NCBI GenBank assembly: GCA_000708835.1
Contig: DF236973.1
Coordinates: forward strand, 232,699-296,698
DNA: 64,000 nt
Direction: 5' to 3'
Source: Klebsormidium nitens
Lineage: Eukaryota > Plantae > Klebsormidiophyceae
The stretch's first letter is position 1; the number at the start of each line of letters is the position of its first letter. The position numbers and the translations under genes are program-made. A model generated the notes under the pieces. It was not told the DNA's origin. It did no database searches and was given only the letters and a program-made list of their open reading frames with translations. Shown piece by piece: positions 12,146 through 25,575 of this stretch.

Positions 12146-15116
12146 CAGCCCAAGCCCCGCAGCGCACCCCGCCCCTTTGAACGCCCGGTCCAGAAAAGCG
12201 CCGATGACGTAAAAACCGGGGTTCTGCTGGAGCAACGTCACGATGACGACCGTGCTGCAGTCTGCCGGTGAATTCTGGGCCGCGAGGGCCGCCAACGTGG
12301 CGCCCGGAGATTGGCCAAAGATCCCGGCGATCGCGCCGGTCAGGGCGGTGAAGGAGCCACCGCAAACGGCGTTGCCGTCGCGTCGGAAGCTGCAGGCAAC
12401 GTCTGCTTCAGCCAGTCGATTGTCTGTTGATGATCTTCTACTCTTTCGGATATTTTGACGAAAACGGGAGAGCTAAGAATTGCAGCCTTTCTTGCTGGGA
12501 AAAAGGAACCGCATAAGGTATCGGGCCTGGGTTTGAGACTTGGGGCAACTTCGCTTCTTTTCGAGTCTTTTCATGTGAACAACACGCGAAAAAAAATGCA
12601 CTTTCCGCCTGAAGATAAGAAGCGGTTTCTATTTACTCTTCTATCTTTCATGATATTTTTCGTCGCCGACCACTTGGAAGAAATCTGACAGAGTGTCGAT
12701 AGAACCCGAAAAGCGTGTGGGAGAGTGCTTGAGTGGCATCTAAAGAAAGTGACCAAATGTTGGGCATTTACTTGAGAACTATTGAAGCAGCCTGCAGAAA
12801 CTCCAGCATGTGAAATGCACAACCAATCAAGATGCTCTGTAAGCAACCCTGGCAAGCAAGACCGCTCTTAAGGACCGAAGGAAAGCCAAATCTCACAACC
12901 TCAACTTGAAACAATCCGGCAAGATGTCAAAGTACAGATCCCCATCCGAAACACACAGAAAACTTCGCCGTTTTCCAGTCTGTCCAGGGTTCTGGCAGCC
13001 TCCACAAAACCCGAGTTGGTACTTTTGGCTGGATAATCAAAGGATCTAGAGAAGTACGGCTCACGTGGGTACACCTGCGCATGCGCTCAGAACGTTTTGG
13101 GCGTCGGCCGGCGACTGTTTCTCGCTGGGGCACGTGTTTTGGGGCGTGACCGCAAAGATCAATGGCGTCCTGCGAGAAAGTCGTAGAGGAGACTGTGTTG
13201 GGTAAACTTTACAGCCTCCTTTCCTTTGCCTCAGAACGCGTTGATATAGTGATGACATTACATTGCAGTCTCTCCTAAACAACGGTTATACCAGAGATTG
13301 AACGCAAGGACGTCTTTGAGACCGGCAGGAACGAAACACATCTGCCTGAGTAGCAAAAGGGGTGAATATTCTTCAACGTCTCCGAAGAGAAACAGTAAGC
13401 TTCGAAGGATAGACAGATTGCTTTGACGAAAAGCAAAGTTATTCGTGCGCAGATCTATCAGGAAAGACGGAGAGAAGGTAGTCAAAGCGCGAGTACTCGC
13501 TGCCGCATGAATTGTTCTTGACGATTCTGAAACAATGGAGATTGTGCAATCTAAAATCCATCTCTTCATTACGGCTTATCACGGCTTATTACGGAACAAG
13601 TGCGGTTCAGTTTTCGGGGTTTTAAGGGTTTAGCGGAGCCGTGAGTCCCACCGCGCATCCGCTGGAAAGGTTGGCGGTAACGCCCCGCGGCGCGAGCGCC
13701 TGCTGCATTACGGCGAGGCACGCCTGCTCCGTGTTGGAATCGATGGTGGCGATCCTCAGGATCTGTGGAAGGGACACAGCACTCGGTGACGTCAGGGTGA
13801 CGTCAGCTTGAGAACCTTATCTCCCCGCTAAATGGAAGCTCGAACGCGGTACGAAGTCAACATCTCGATGGCCGACATTTCTGGGCCCAACATGCCAGGG
13901 GTTGAAATGCGTCGGCGCCAGGAAGCTTACGGCACTAAACAAGGTTGCTTAGCTAGGTTCTTGTCTGGCTCTCAGCTATTTGCCGCTGCCTGCCGGTCAT
14001 TCAGGTGCTTAAAGTCGTGGAAGAAAATACTTTCACCGACTACCTGAATGATAATGAGGCTTCCGAACTGACCGAAAAGACCTTCAAAGACTACGATGGA
14101 CTCCCTTGAGCTCAGACAGAACTTTTTGGTCCCCATCTCCGCTTTTCATTGTGCACTCGGTCAAGCCTTCATTGGGAGACGAACTTGCGGGAAGCCATAT
14201 TGCAAGAGAGCCGACCAGCAGGTTCCCACTCTAGTTTGAACAACTTCGGTCCACTATGAACTCTTTCCCGGTTTTCGATCGTTGCTGAGGCCGTTTCGGT
14301 CCCCTACCCTTCAGCCTTTTACGGCTATCTTCTTTAAAAGGTCATTTTAATCTCAAAAGCTGGACGCCTTGACCTTAGACCCGGCCTTTAATGATCGTGA
14401 AATGAGCAATCATTTATAGACGTCCGGAAGGCCGCACCTGGTCTGCCTGGGGTGATGAGATTCCCCTGTTCTCCAAAAGAGTACTGACGGCGCCGCAGCA
14501 CGCGTCCTGCGAGGGCTGCAAACCGGGACAGTTGGCGGCGACCGGGGGCAGGGCGCTCGGGGCGGAGGTGACGCCGGGGCAGAAGCCCCAGCTGCATTTG
14601 AAACGTCTCCCTTATTTTTCGTGCTTTTTTATTCCTACAGTCTTCTCTCTATTTCCTTACATGATCAGAGGGATGGAGGAGGATTGTGTGCAGGTCCAAA
14701 AAAGCAGGCAGCGAGCTTGGCTGGCGGGGTATCTGTGATCTTGCACGAAATCGCAACAAAGGGGGTGGATTGAGGCTGCCGGAACTCAATCGGGATGTAA
14801 CGGTTCCAACTTTGCCTGCTCTTTTGGATTAGGCTTTGAGTCCTTTGAAGCACACCAAAGTCAACTCGAACATCCTTCAACATCCCCTTTCATTCTGCAC
14901 CAGGAGCCTTGGCTAGCCATTCCAAAAGATGTGGTTGGAGTGAGGGGAAGCTTCGTATTAACGCCGTACCGGGCATCGTGGGCGGAGTCGGCGCCTGCTG
15001 AAGCACCCGAGACGCCATCGACCGGCCACAGAAGCTGACAGCAAAGAGGGCCAGGGAGAACTCAAACGCCGTTGAAGCCGCCAGTGTCGAATCTTCGGCC
15101 GTGGTGTCGAACCTTC
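12146..15116 (-). CDS. Multi-exon cysteine-rich, probably secreted protein of unknown function; both ends uncertain
   Basis: Exons with GT-AG borders and GC3-biased codons, mostly absent from the ORF track: 14970-15116 (FEFSLALFAVSFCGRSMASRVLQQAP), 14489-14591 (WGFCPG...NCPGLQPSQDACCGA), 13652-13762 (ILRIATIDSNTEQACLAVMQQ...SSGCA), 13065-13169 (TPLIFAVTPQNTCPSEK...LSACAG), 12146-12389 (FRRDGNAVCGGSF...GAGCAAGLGL). Some connecting exons are unresolved. Confidence 0.6.
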
Positions 15117-16570
15117 CTGTTGAAAACTACGGTAGCCACAAGGTTTCCTGGGCGACTTTACAACGGTTGGAGGCGACAACGCGGTGTAAGTTTACGTGCT
15201 TAGCTGGCCTCGGCGACGAACATTTCTGTTCGCTCAAGTGTACGGTCGCTTTTAATAGCTCGCGCCGCAAGCAGAGTATCGCTCTTGACGATATAGTTTG
15301 AATGGTCCGACCGTTCGACGCGGCCACCACGGACTCGGCTGGCTGCAGGAGCTCATGCATTCAGCGTGGCTCGCCTTAGGCTCATACGCATGCATGGCCC
15401 GAAAAGTATCGAGTCGAACTCAAGAACAGACATTGCATGGTAGCCCTGGCAGAGGGTGTGGTCGACTGAGATGACTTCAGATCTGACGAAGAGATGTCAT
15501 GCCGGCTACAATCATACGAGAGTCAACTTGCATGCCCCGCGCCGTATAAATTGCATAATGCCGTACGTTGTCTAGGTCGAATGCTACTTTCGGAGAAGTT
15601 GCAAGAGAACGGTCACCGGTGTGGGAACCAAGGTCTCGTGCCAAGTATACTCTGGCCCCGGATTCTGCCAAACCCACAGGCTTGTCCCTTAATTACCCAA
15701 GCTACGTGCCGCTTATAATTTTGTGGCTGTTCCAAAGACTAAGTTCTGCAAGACGCCATGCATGGCTTCATATTTAACCCCTTTTCCTCTGGAGAGGGGA
15801 TACTGGAGATTATCCAGACGAGCTAGGCCTTGCAGGCTTGTGTGAGTCAACAGTGCAGGAAGGAGAAGGCTATTGCGCAGTCCGCCATTGTCGCAACCTG
15901 GCGGAAGCCATGGCCAAAACCAAAAAAGCGACAAAGTCATGTCCGGCCGTCCGATCACGCATCGACACCTGTGCAATTAGTCGGAAGATCGAGCCTGTCC
16001 TGGCAAGATCCGGGCTGCAGGATATAAACAACATGCATGGGGCCGTCCATATGCATGCGTTAAGTAGGCTATCAACTGGGCAATGACGAAACGTGACGTC
16101 TGACTGGCGGCACACGTACGGTGATGCGGTACGGTACCGGCGCACCCCTTCAACAGACATGCCTTAAGTGGATATGATGAAGATCGTCGCCACACAACAT
16201 GCAAATCTTTGATTGTCAGTCGCTTGTATGCCGTACATTAACAATGATGGTAGTAAGTTCTCCGGACTCCTTCTAATGCACAGCACTCACTCTACATGGC
16301 ACTCGGACCGTGACTGCAGACTTTCCAAAAACTTCTACAAAGTGAGAACTGTTGACGGAAATACACCGGATAGATACGTCTTGTGATAACGTACAAAAGC
16401 ACCTTAAGAACTCAGGACCTGATCCGACAGACCGGCAATGTTGGGTCCGGTCCTTCCCTCTTTACTGAATCTAACTTGACAGAACCTAACAACTCACGAC
16501 TTCTTCTGCGTATGGCACCTTGCAAAGAATCCTAACCGCACCCAATCAGCCGCAAAGAAAAGCAGCATCC

Positions 16571-19500
16571 TCAGAAGGAGGTCACAGTTGGTGCAGCTGC
16601 AAAATGGTCCCTCGAGCTCAATGGCTCAGCGCTTCCTCTTCCTGAACAAGCACGCGGAAGAAAGCTTGTAAGCAACAAGTGCTAGCAGCCAGCAAACAAG
16701 TTCAGATATTGCATTGCGGGCTACCGCTTCCCGGTTCAAACAACTGCAAACGGTGGCTAAACTCGGCACCGTGCACAAGAAGATACGTTACTTCATCATG
16801 GCAGCACTCTACTTTTCGCGGAAAAACCGGAATGTCTTTGAAGACTCACCAGAACTGACGTTCGCGTTTACACCTAGGCTCACACTGCTGCAGAGCAAGA
16901 GAGCACTTCTCAGTGTCCATGGATATAGAGGGGTCGGGAAAGCAACCTGTCAATTGAAAACTTAACATTCCGTCCTGTAAGGATATGCAACAAGTCCCGC
17001 AACAAACACTCCTGCCAGCTAGGCCGCCGCCACCACTTCAAATCACCTTAGCTCAAATTTCCGGCCGGCTCACACGATGAGCGTTTGCATTATAAGGAGA
17101 AAAAACAATTTCCAGCCCGAGACGAGGTGACTCACTCGTCATGCCGCGTATTCGACACCGCCTTCACTTCCCACGGCCCCTCCCATCGCGGCCGCTTCGC
17201 CTCCACCTCCCTCTCCCCCCCCGTCGCGCTTCCGGGCCTTTCCAGCCCCCCATTCTGCTCCGCAATCCTCTCTCGCTTCACCCCTGGGGAAACACCCTCC
17301 CCAGTCCGGCCGGAAAACCCGGGCGCATCCGCCGGAGGCCCGCCCCCCTGCTCCGTCGCTATTCGCAGCCCCTCCCGTGCCTGGCCCCCCGACGGCCCTT
17401 TCCGGTGCCCGAAGCTCCGGCGCCGCTGGGGGGGCGCTTCCAGGGGGAGCCGCTCCCGGGGGGGTCTCCTGCCCCCGCGGTCACCCCCCCCTTCCTGGCT
17501 CGCCACCTCAAACTCGTCCCGCTCGAAGAAGCCGTGCTCGTCGAGCTTCTGGCCCATTTTGAGCTCGCTGCTGTTGGCGTCGGAGTCGTACGTCGGGTCC
17601 GGTTCCGGGTCGCGCGGGAAATGGGTGCGGTGGCCGCGGGGGATGTGGCGGCCGGGGGCCCGTCGCGAAGGACCGGCGCCTGGCAAAGGAGAAGGATTGC
17701 GGTTAGAGAAGGGTTTGCTACTTTCAGCATGACAACTTGCAAGACACAGCTCTTCCGATTAACGCGGGAAGTGGGTGCATTGCGCGCGGGGTGTGGCTGG
17801 GGCTCGTCGCGACGGACCCGCGCCTGGCGAAGGAGAAAGTTTGCGATTAATCGGGTTTGTTATTTCCAGCATGACAACTTGTAAGAAAGTGGTCTTCTGT
17901 CTCAAGCGGAAGTGGGTGCGGTGCCCGCGGGGGGTGTGGCTGGGGGCCCGCCGTGAAGGACCGGCGCCTGCCGGAGGAGAAGGATTACGGTTCAAATGAG
18001 GGCTTGCTATACCAGTATGCAAGCTTCTGAGAATCTGCAAGCTTGTCTGCGGTGAGTGAGATCAATATTGCTTTTGGAGTGCTTGGTGTCAGGTCCCGTT
18101 AGGTCCGTGCAATCGTGGAAATGAAGGGGGTAGCTTTAGCGCTGCCAGAAAGGGACAACGCTTGACGATTTTGAAGGATGAACAAAATGGAATCTCCTTT
18201 CTCGAGCCTACGACGGTTGATTGCGAGCTGTTTTCCCCGGATCGTGCACATGCAGACCCGGATAGGAATGGACAACACTTTTGCTCACCGCAGATATGAA
18301 TTGCTTGAGGCCTCACAGCTCAGCAAAACTTGATTCTAACTTTTGTTTTACTATCACAAGTTTACCAAAGTCGTATCTTCCACGAATGTCAAGTCCGGTT
18401 CAACGCCAAGAAGTGTGACTAGCGGCTCGACGAACGCAAAGAGCCTGTCGGTACGAACCAGCACAAAGCAGGACCAAAATTCTCACGTAATGTGTTTCCT
18501 TGAATTGTAAAGCCGCTTTCAAAGTTTTGGCTCATTGCTCTCTGTGCCCTTCGATAGACAAGGGAAGATCGTCTTTTGCAGATCCTCTAACTTCAGCCGC
18601 AGATTCGAAACCCACCTTCCCCTCGGTCCTCCCGGAACCTCCCCCCGTTCACGACCGCGGTCCTCTTTTGCGTCCGCACCATAGTCCACCCCGCCTTCCG
18701 TTTCTTCCGCCCGTCTCCTTTTTTCTCCCTGTCCCCGTTCTCCCTTCTTGCCCAAACCTCTTCTTCTCCGTCCTCCCCCTGATTGTCTCGCTCCGCTTTT
18801 CTTCTTGCGCGCATGTCCACTCGCTTCCGGTGCAACAGCGCCTCACGCGCCTCCCCTTTCGAGTGCCTCAAATCGTCGTCGTCCCCTAGCAGCGAGTCGT
18901 CGTCGTTCTCATCTTCCTCGTCACTGCTTCCGTTTGTGTTCCGCTCTTGTTTGAGCCGCTCCCGGTATTCCGCCAGGAGAGCGGACTTGGTGCGCCGCTT
19001 CCCGTGCACTGGAGGCGGCCGCGGGCGGTCAGCTAGTGACTCGTCGCGCGGGTGGAAGAAACCCCTCTCCTGCAAAAGAAGCGAAAGAGTTGGTAAACAC
19101 GTGAAACCCCTTGAACACGTTGCCCTTACTTCTAATTGGATTGAGGTCTGTTCTGACGAAGACTAAAGACGCTGACGCTTCTTTGAGGTCAGCAGAAAGG
19201 CAATAAACAGAGAGAAAGTTTCGCAAAAAGGCTCCTTGATTCAACAGAAGCCGTTCATAATTCTTTAGTGGTGGTGACAAAGCATGCTCCTTTTGCGTCC
19301 TGATGATCGAATTCCTTCCCTCGAGGATCGCCGTTCGCCATCCGCTTGATCAGTAAGAAACGACAGAGGTTTCTTCTCTGTTATCAATCTCACGCCCCCC
19401 CGGACGAACGGTGAACTTCGAAAAGCCAACCGCTGACAAAGAACGCGGTGAGCTGGGCAGCCAAAGAAGCAAATACAGAACGGAGCAGACCGAAAGGAGA

Positions 19501-22500
19501 GACAGTACCCACCTTGAGCACCCGCTCCCGTTCTTCCTCTTCCTCCTTGAATATCCTGACCGCTGCCTCGTGCTCCTCCCTCTGCTCCAGCACTTTCCGC
19601 TCCTCTGCTTCTTCTTCCGACTGCTTTCCCGTGCCGAGCCGCGAGGACCCGGGCCCGTTCTTCTGCTTCGGGGGCCGGCCCCTGATCTTGGGAAGGGGCG
19701 ACGGCGGTGCCGCGGCAGCAGCCGCAATAACCGCCGACACAGAGAACCCGTGAGGTAAGCGCGAGGGATACACCCGTTCCCCCACCTGCTGCCGCGCATT
19801 CTTCTTTTCCTGCGCCCCGGCCGTCCGGAGCTTGACGGCATCCGCGATCCCCCGAGGCGGAGCAAAGGAAAGGGGCGGCGGAGGCGGAGGTTTCTCCCTG
19901 CGTGGGCGGGCGACTAGTTCGTGGGGTCCGAGCACTTTGGCCAGCCGCGCTTTCTTTCTCATGGCCTTGGTTTCGACGGGTTCCGGCTCCGGCTGGCTCG
20001 GCCCTGGTGCCCCGTCAACTTGCTGCTCGCTTCCGTTCCGGTTTCCGTTTCCGCTTCCGGCCAGCTCGGGACTGGGCACCGTTTCCGAGCACTGAAGGTC
20101 CTGCGATTGCGACTGCGACGGTTCCGCAGCCTGTGCTTCTCTATTCGTCTCCACCCGGCCTTCCCGCAGCGCCTCTTCCTGTGCCAACAAGTCAGCCCCC
20201 GATCCGCCCGCGCTTCGAAGGGCCCTGTCCTTCTCTGCGTCAAGGATCGAAAGCGGAGTGCCTGTGCCGTCAGCCCCCTCCTTCTCGCTGGGGGCTGACT
20301 TCCCTGCCCCCAGGACCCCCCCCTGAGGCTGCGGCGCCTCCATATCCTCTAGCTTCACTCCCACCTTCTCCGGGGCATGCGCTCGCAAAGAGGGGTTCGA
20401 ACCTGCACCTGCCAATTCTGCTCGACCCTCCCGTACAACATCGTTTCCATCTGTGGGCGCATCGCTTACATCACGCTCTCCTTTACAACCGGGCAAAGTT
20501 TCCCCGTCGGTTGGCTCTCCAGACGTCAGCGGACCTATACCCGCCGCTGCCCCCGCCTCTGGTGCTGCTCTGTGAGGCCCTTCTTGTGGCGCGGCCCTCT
20601 CGTTTTCATGCCTTTTCGGTACCTCTGCGAACTCCTCTCCCCTCTCAGCATTCTCAGGGACCCCATTGCTCTGCCCCTCCGCCAGCACATCATCTTCCCG
20701 CCCCTCCTGCGCGGCCTCTTGCTGTCCAACACCCGTTTCTCCAGGCATCTCATTGCAACTAGGATTGTATCTTGCATCAGGCCTTGCTTCTGCCGGCTTC
20801 GACTCAGTTCTCTCTGCCACAGCGCTCTGTTGGGCAGGTTCCTCCACAGACACTCCCCTGGCAGCCTCAACCTTGCCGCCATTCAAACCTTCTCCAACAG
20901 AAACCTGTGCCTCACTTTTCCCCCTCAGGGCATCCTCAGCCTTCCCGATCGCCGCACCTTTTCCTCTCCCTTCCGCCGCCCCGCCCTTCCCTTCGCCTTT
21001 TGTCCGAGGTGGCCGCCCCTTCCGCTTGGGCGCCGCAGGCTGGGCTGACAACACGTTCTCAACCAGGCCCTCCTTCACTTCCTCCCCGTCTCTAGTTTCG
21101 GACTTTCCGGCGCTCGCTTCGTCCTGAGGGTCTCTTTCGGGCTTTTGAGCTCTCTGCGTTTCAGGCGGGGGCCCCGACCCCTCAGTTGCCAGCTTCTCTG
21201 CCGCACTCGGCCTCCCTTTCTTTTTCTTAGGGGCAGGCCCAGCCTCATTGCCCCCAGGCTCGGGTGCTTTTGCCCCACTCTCTTCGTCACTGCCCTCAGG
21301 TTTCGAGGCTGGTTCCTCAGAATCATCGTTCCTCAAATGCGGCGCATTACTGCCACGACTGGCTCCATTTGCAAGCTCAGTGTGCATCTTCTCTGCATTG
21401 TCAGTGGCTGTACTGTCTTTGTGGGGGGATTCTCGGGGCCGCTTCCTTGGGTCTCTCTTTCCCGTAGTTTTCACAGGGGTATGTCGCGGTGTGTCCGGCG
21501 CTGCTTTGGTGGTGAGGGGGGGACCATTCTTGCACTTGCCCTCCCTTGTTCCCCCTGCAGGCATGCAGAAAAAACAGATTGACAATCAGATTAATAACCC
21601 TACATGTGAATCGAAAAAGCGCAAGCTTTGAGCTGGGCTTCTGACACTTGAACATTGACCTTGGGCAATACGATCGCAGGCGGGTGGTGGAAACTCCTGC
21701 TTTTGAGCCTACTGCCAAGAACCAGGAAGCCAAAACACTGCAGACCTGCCTTGTCGAACAGCAGATTTTGGGCCAACCTGTGGTTCATGTACTGAACCAC
21801 TCTTTTGACCTTTCCTATCCAGAAGGAGAACATACTTTCAGATGTCACTTGATTATCTACGAAGTTATCAAAAAGAAAATGAGCAGCACCCTGGACGTAC
21901 TCACTAGGTTGACAATCAAGCTCTTATGCTGCTGCCCTGGATTATACAAGGAGGCTATAAGCCTTGACTAGGTTCACACTGAAGAGTGGACGGGACTGCA
22001 AAGGCCGAAACCCATGCCGCTACCACTTCTCCGAAGAATTTTTTCGAGCGACCACCTTTTAAACAAACAGATGTAGAATCTCAACCATCTAAAGTGCAGG
22101 AACAAGAGGACCACGAATTTTCAGATTGAAAGAGCCAAAATGGAGTATGCCAGTTTCTGAAACTGAGTCCAAGGTATCAGCTAATAAGAACAGCCTGATC
22201 AAGCTTCTTGGTATTTTTCTGAGGTATTGCAGCATCTCAAGCATCTGCTCATAGGAAGGCCTAGGCTGCTTTCAGTGGCATTCCCCCCCCCCCTAGAAAA
22301 AGACAAAAGGTCTAGTCACAAGGAACTAAAGAAGATGAATCTGACAATCACAAAGGGCAAAGTTGTAACGTGGTAGAAAAAGAGGAGAGTCCTTGCTGCA
22401 TGCAGAAAGAATCTCGTTGGATTCTGGCTGAGAATGAAAGAAACGAATAATCTCAAATTTGTAAGCAGAGTGACTTTTCAACCTTGGACAACAGTGACTA

Positions 22501-24051
22501 CAGGACTCATCTTTAGTGAATGAGACGAAACTGCCAGACATTACAAACCTGAGTTTGCTAACAATCTGGGCTGAGATAGGGTTGTTCCTTCCAAATGTGT
22601 TGTCAAATTCTATTCTCAGATGGCCTACAACGGCTTCAGACATGATCTCAAAGGTATTGACCTTGTCCCTAGAGACTTGGGAGATCACACGATCCCTGAG
22701 GGGATGCAGTCTCCCATCCTAGTATCAATGAGAGTGACAGTCTACCCCTGAACTGCAGTCCTCATACCAAGATTCGCAACCCCCACTCCCACTAGTTTGA
22801 GGTAAAATGGAACCCATCCAACTATCTGAGCTCGCAGCTCAGATAACAACTCAGGTAACACATCACTAAGCACCTTCATCATTTCTTCATCAAGTGCTTT
22901 TTAAGATCCACCAAAAGAGCACCGGTTTGACATTATTGGAGCTGAAATGATACTGGCACAAGGAAGGAAACATAAAGGGTTTAAAGGTAATGCACTTACC
23001 CGGATAGCTCCAGTCAAATGCTTCAGGAGGAGGAAGGTTTGGAATAATGCCTGTGTTCTTGGTCAGGTACTCACGCAGCTTCTTTTCTGAGCGGAACCTT
23101 GTTGTGTGGACAGAATCTGATGGTGCATAGAAGTATACCTGACAACCACAAGCACAGCAGGTGAGTGGCTTTTGAATTTAATTGCCCCTGATGCTCAATT
23201 GGCACACACACATTCAAGTTTGAAAGGAAAACACAAGAAACTCTAAGTGCCAACGTACCATAACGTGTTAAAAGCTGAACCAATCAGCAAACAAACATGA
23301 ATCGACGAAGCTTTAAGCAACTGTTTCTTGCAAGACTGCTTTTTAAACATTTTGCATAATCAATCTCACAACCTCTAACAAGCCATAGGAAGCAACTCAC
23401 GTCAGCCTTGGACCGGCTGTTGACTGTTGTAGATGACCTGTATGTCACCTACATTGCAGGAGGGAAAGTGATGAGCTTCTAGGTAGAGAAGATACAGCGT
23501 TGATATGCAACGTTGTATTTGGAAAAGGGAATGTGCCAAGATTTTACGCTCACGTCACAACCTTCAAAGTACACCTTCAGGCAATCAATATGGTTGGCAA
23601 TCTATAGATAATTCATCTAAGCAAACAAATACAGTTTAAAATAGGAGATGTGCTAGACCATTCTGCTCAAATCATGCATCACAAAGAGCGCCACAAGAAA
23701 ACTACTAAGATTGCACCTTCAGGCAATCAGTGTGTTGGCAATCTTTCAAAAATTTAGTCCGGCTGAACGGACTGCGATGATAAGCAGAAAGCAATAGGTA
23801 GAAGTACATGCTGCAATTCTGATCAAAATTTAAGAAGGAGACATTTCTAGCATACCACCAAACACAGCACAAGTTCACATTCCCTGTGTCCGTCAAAATG
23901 TTTAAGAGATGATGAAGGTGCTAGAAACTCACCCTCTTCTTCCAACCAGGAGGTGCTTCACACCAAAAGCTTTTGCCATCGTCTAAGCCTTCTTGTATAG
24001 AGTTTGCCGCCATTCTTTGGCGGACGTTTGAAGATTTGCCAAGACGGGGGT
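16571..24051 (-). CDS. Methyl-CpG-binding domain (MBD) protein with three AT-hooks and a long low-complexity C-terminal region; 5' end probably extends to about 24650 or beyond
   Basis: Exons 23933-24051, 23401-23448 and 23000-23138 splice in phase to APPGWKKRVTYRSSTTVNSRSKADVYFYAPSDSVHTTRFRSEKKLREYLTKN...PEAFDWSYP, matching the MBD consensus PxGW...R...DVYY.sP...FRS...L..YL...FDF/W. The large exon 19513-21554 contains KKKGRPS, KRKGRPPR and KIRGRPPK. Later exons are 18616-19069, about 17135-17679 and short terminal exons ending at TGA 16571-16573. Exons between 21.6 and 22.9 kb are only partly resolved. Confidence 0.8.
17615..17995 (-). repeat. Acceptor-plus-exon-start tandem array in an MBD gene intron (functional copy plus 2 decayed copies)
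   Basis: CAG|GCGC(C/G)GGTCC acceptor motif with the first exon base at 17679 (functional), 17823 and 17967, an exact 144-bp period. The copies translate to GAGPSRRAP...THF variants. Confidence 0.9.
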
Positions 24052-25575
24052 CTGTAATCCACTCGACTGCTTTGACTGATGTGCTACATCATACGCTGCC
24101 CAGGAGTGGACATCATAAGATTACAGAAACCAGGTCTCTCTTCTTCCTTGTAAATAAGCAGAATTTGTAGACCAGGGCTCAGGAAACCTGGTTTCGGCAA
24201 CTTTTCTCCAGAACGCTTCCTACACCTTGTTAGAAAGCTGACACAGCTATAGCTCTGCCAACTTATCCCTCCTTTCCTAAGGTTTGGAAATAGTGTGCTT
24301 CTGAAACAACAGTGAACACCCTTCTCCTGATACTGTCAAAGTTGCTAAGCGCCACAGCTCCCTCCTTTTTTGAACCTGAGGCTGCAGGAATGATGAGAAG
24401 CAACTTCTTTTCAGATTCTTCAACTGCAACGTTTGAAGATCGAAACCTAACGTGGGGTTAACGTAACTAGCTGAGCTCGGCAAACCAATCACCCGGTGTC
24501 TCCTCGGACCGTGCGATATGAAGAGAAAAGGCTATGTCAGCCGTTGGGGCCGCCCGGTGGAGATAGAATGGGGCTTGACCACGGACGGTACATAACTTCG
24601 GGTTAGGTTCCTCTGAAAAGAAGGTTTGCGGCTTGTATCTCTTTTCCTGGCAAGTCGCCTTTTGAGAAGTAATTTGCATTTTCATGATTTTGTGGCATTA
24701 GGCAGTATGGTGGCACGCTCAAGGAGGCACAATTCTCCCACCATACATTGCATATTACGCAGTTCTCTTTGCAAAGGGAACTGGCACAACATCCTTTTGA
24801 GAGTTCCATTGTGTTGCGCTACACCACGGGCAGCATGCAGAGTCAGTCAACCAGCGCAGGTCGCTAAATATATCAGGGAGCAATCGTTTCTGCATTGCGG
24901 AAGGTGAGTTGTGTGCGAGCAGCTCTTGGTTATCCGTGTTTAAAATATTCCAGATTTTGCAACTTGAGGTGGTGTAGTCAGATGCCCGAAGTGGGGTGGA
25001 GTTTTGATTGACGATGCAATTGCACTTGGGTCCTGGTCATGCTGCACTAATTCGGAAAACTTTTCTTGATCTTCTTAGAAAGGAAGACGCTGTACTTACA
25101 AACGTTCCTGAATCTGTTGCTGCATGCTCAAGGGCTTCAATGTCACGTTCATATCACAGTAAAGAAAGTACAACTCATTTTTTCCACCACTTGCTCCTGG
25201 AAGTCGCAGATCAAATGTTCGGGGGGTTTCATCAGTCTGCTGGATACTTCTTAAACTCAGAACTGGACGTTGGTGTTGAGAAAAGCATGATGTGCTCTAT
25301 TTTCCTGGAACATGAGTCCTTGCGATCCCTGTAGTGGAAGCTCACAGTTCCGTCAAGAGAAGAGAATTGAAAGCGCTGTCCGCCGTTGTCTTTCAGTGTG
25401 CATCTGGCCCTGAGGAAGTGTAATGAGGGCAAGCACTCAAAAAGACAACTAGATTGAGCACAGACAAGGCTTGCGTTGAAACTACGTAAGCACAGTCCTG
25501 ACGTATTGCTTGCCTATGCTGCAGATGAGGAGATTGACACTCTGCGGCTGTTGCTGAAAGGGAAGGAGGTTTAAG

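Noticed and set aside
19411-21631. Many long plus-strand ORFs (for example 19902-20762 and 20377-21048)
   Set aside because: Antisense shadows of the GC-rich MBD-gene exon, with no motifs or independent splice structure.
25008-25432. ORFs between the MBD and methyltransferase genes
   Set aside because: Short, motif-free and overlapping on both strands. They may be MBD 5' exons or UTR and were not called.
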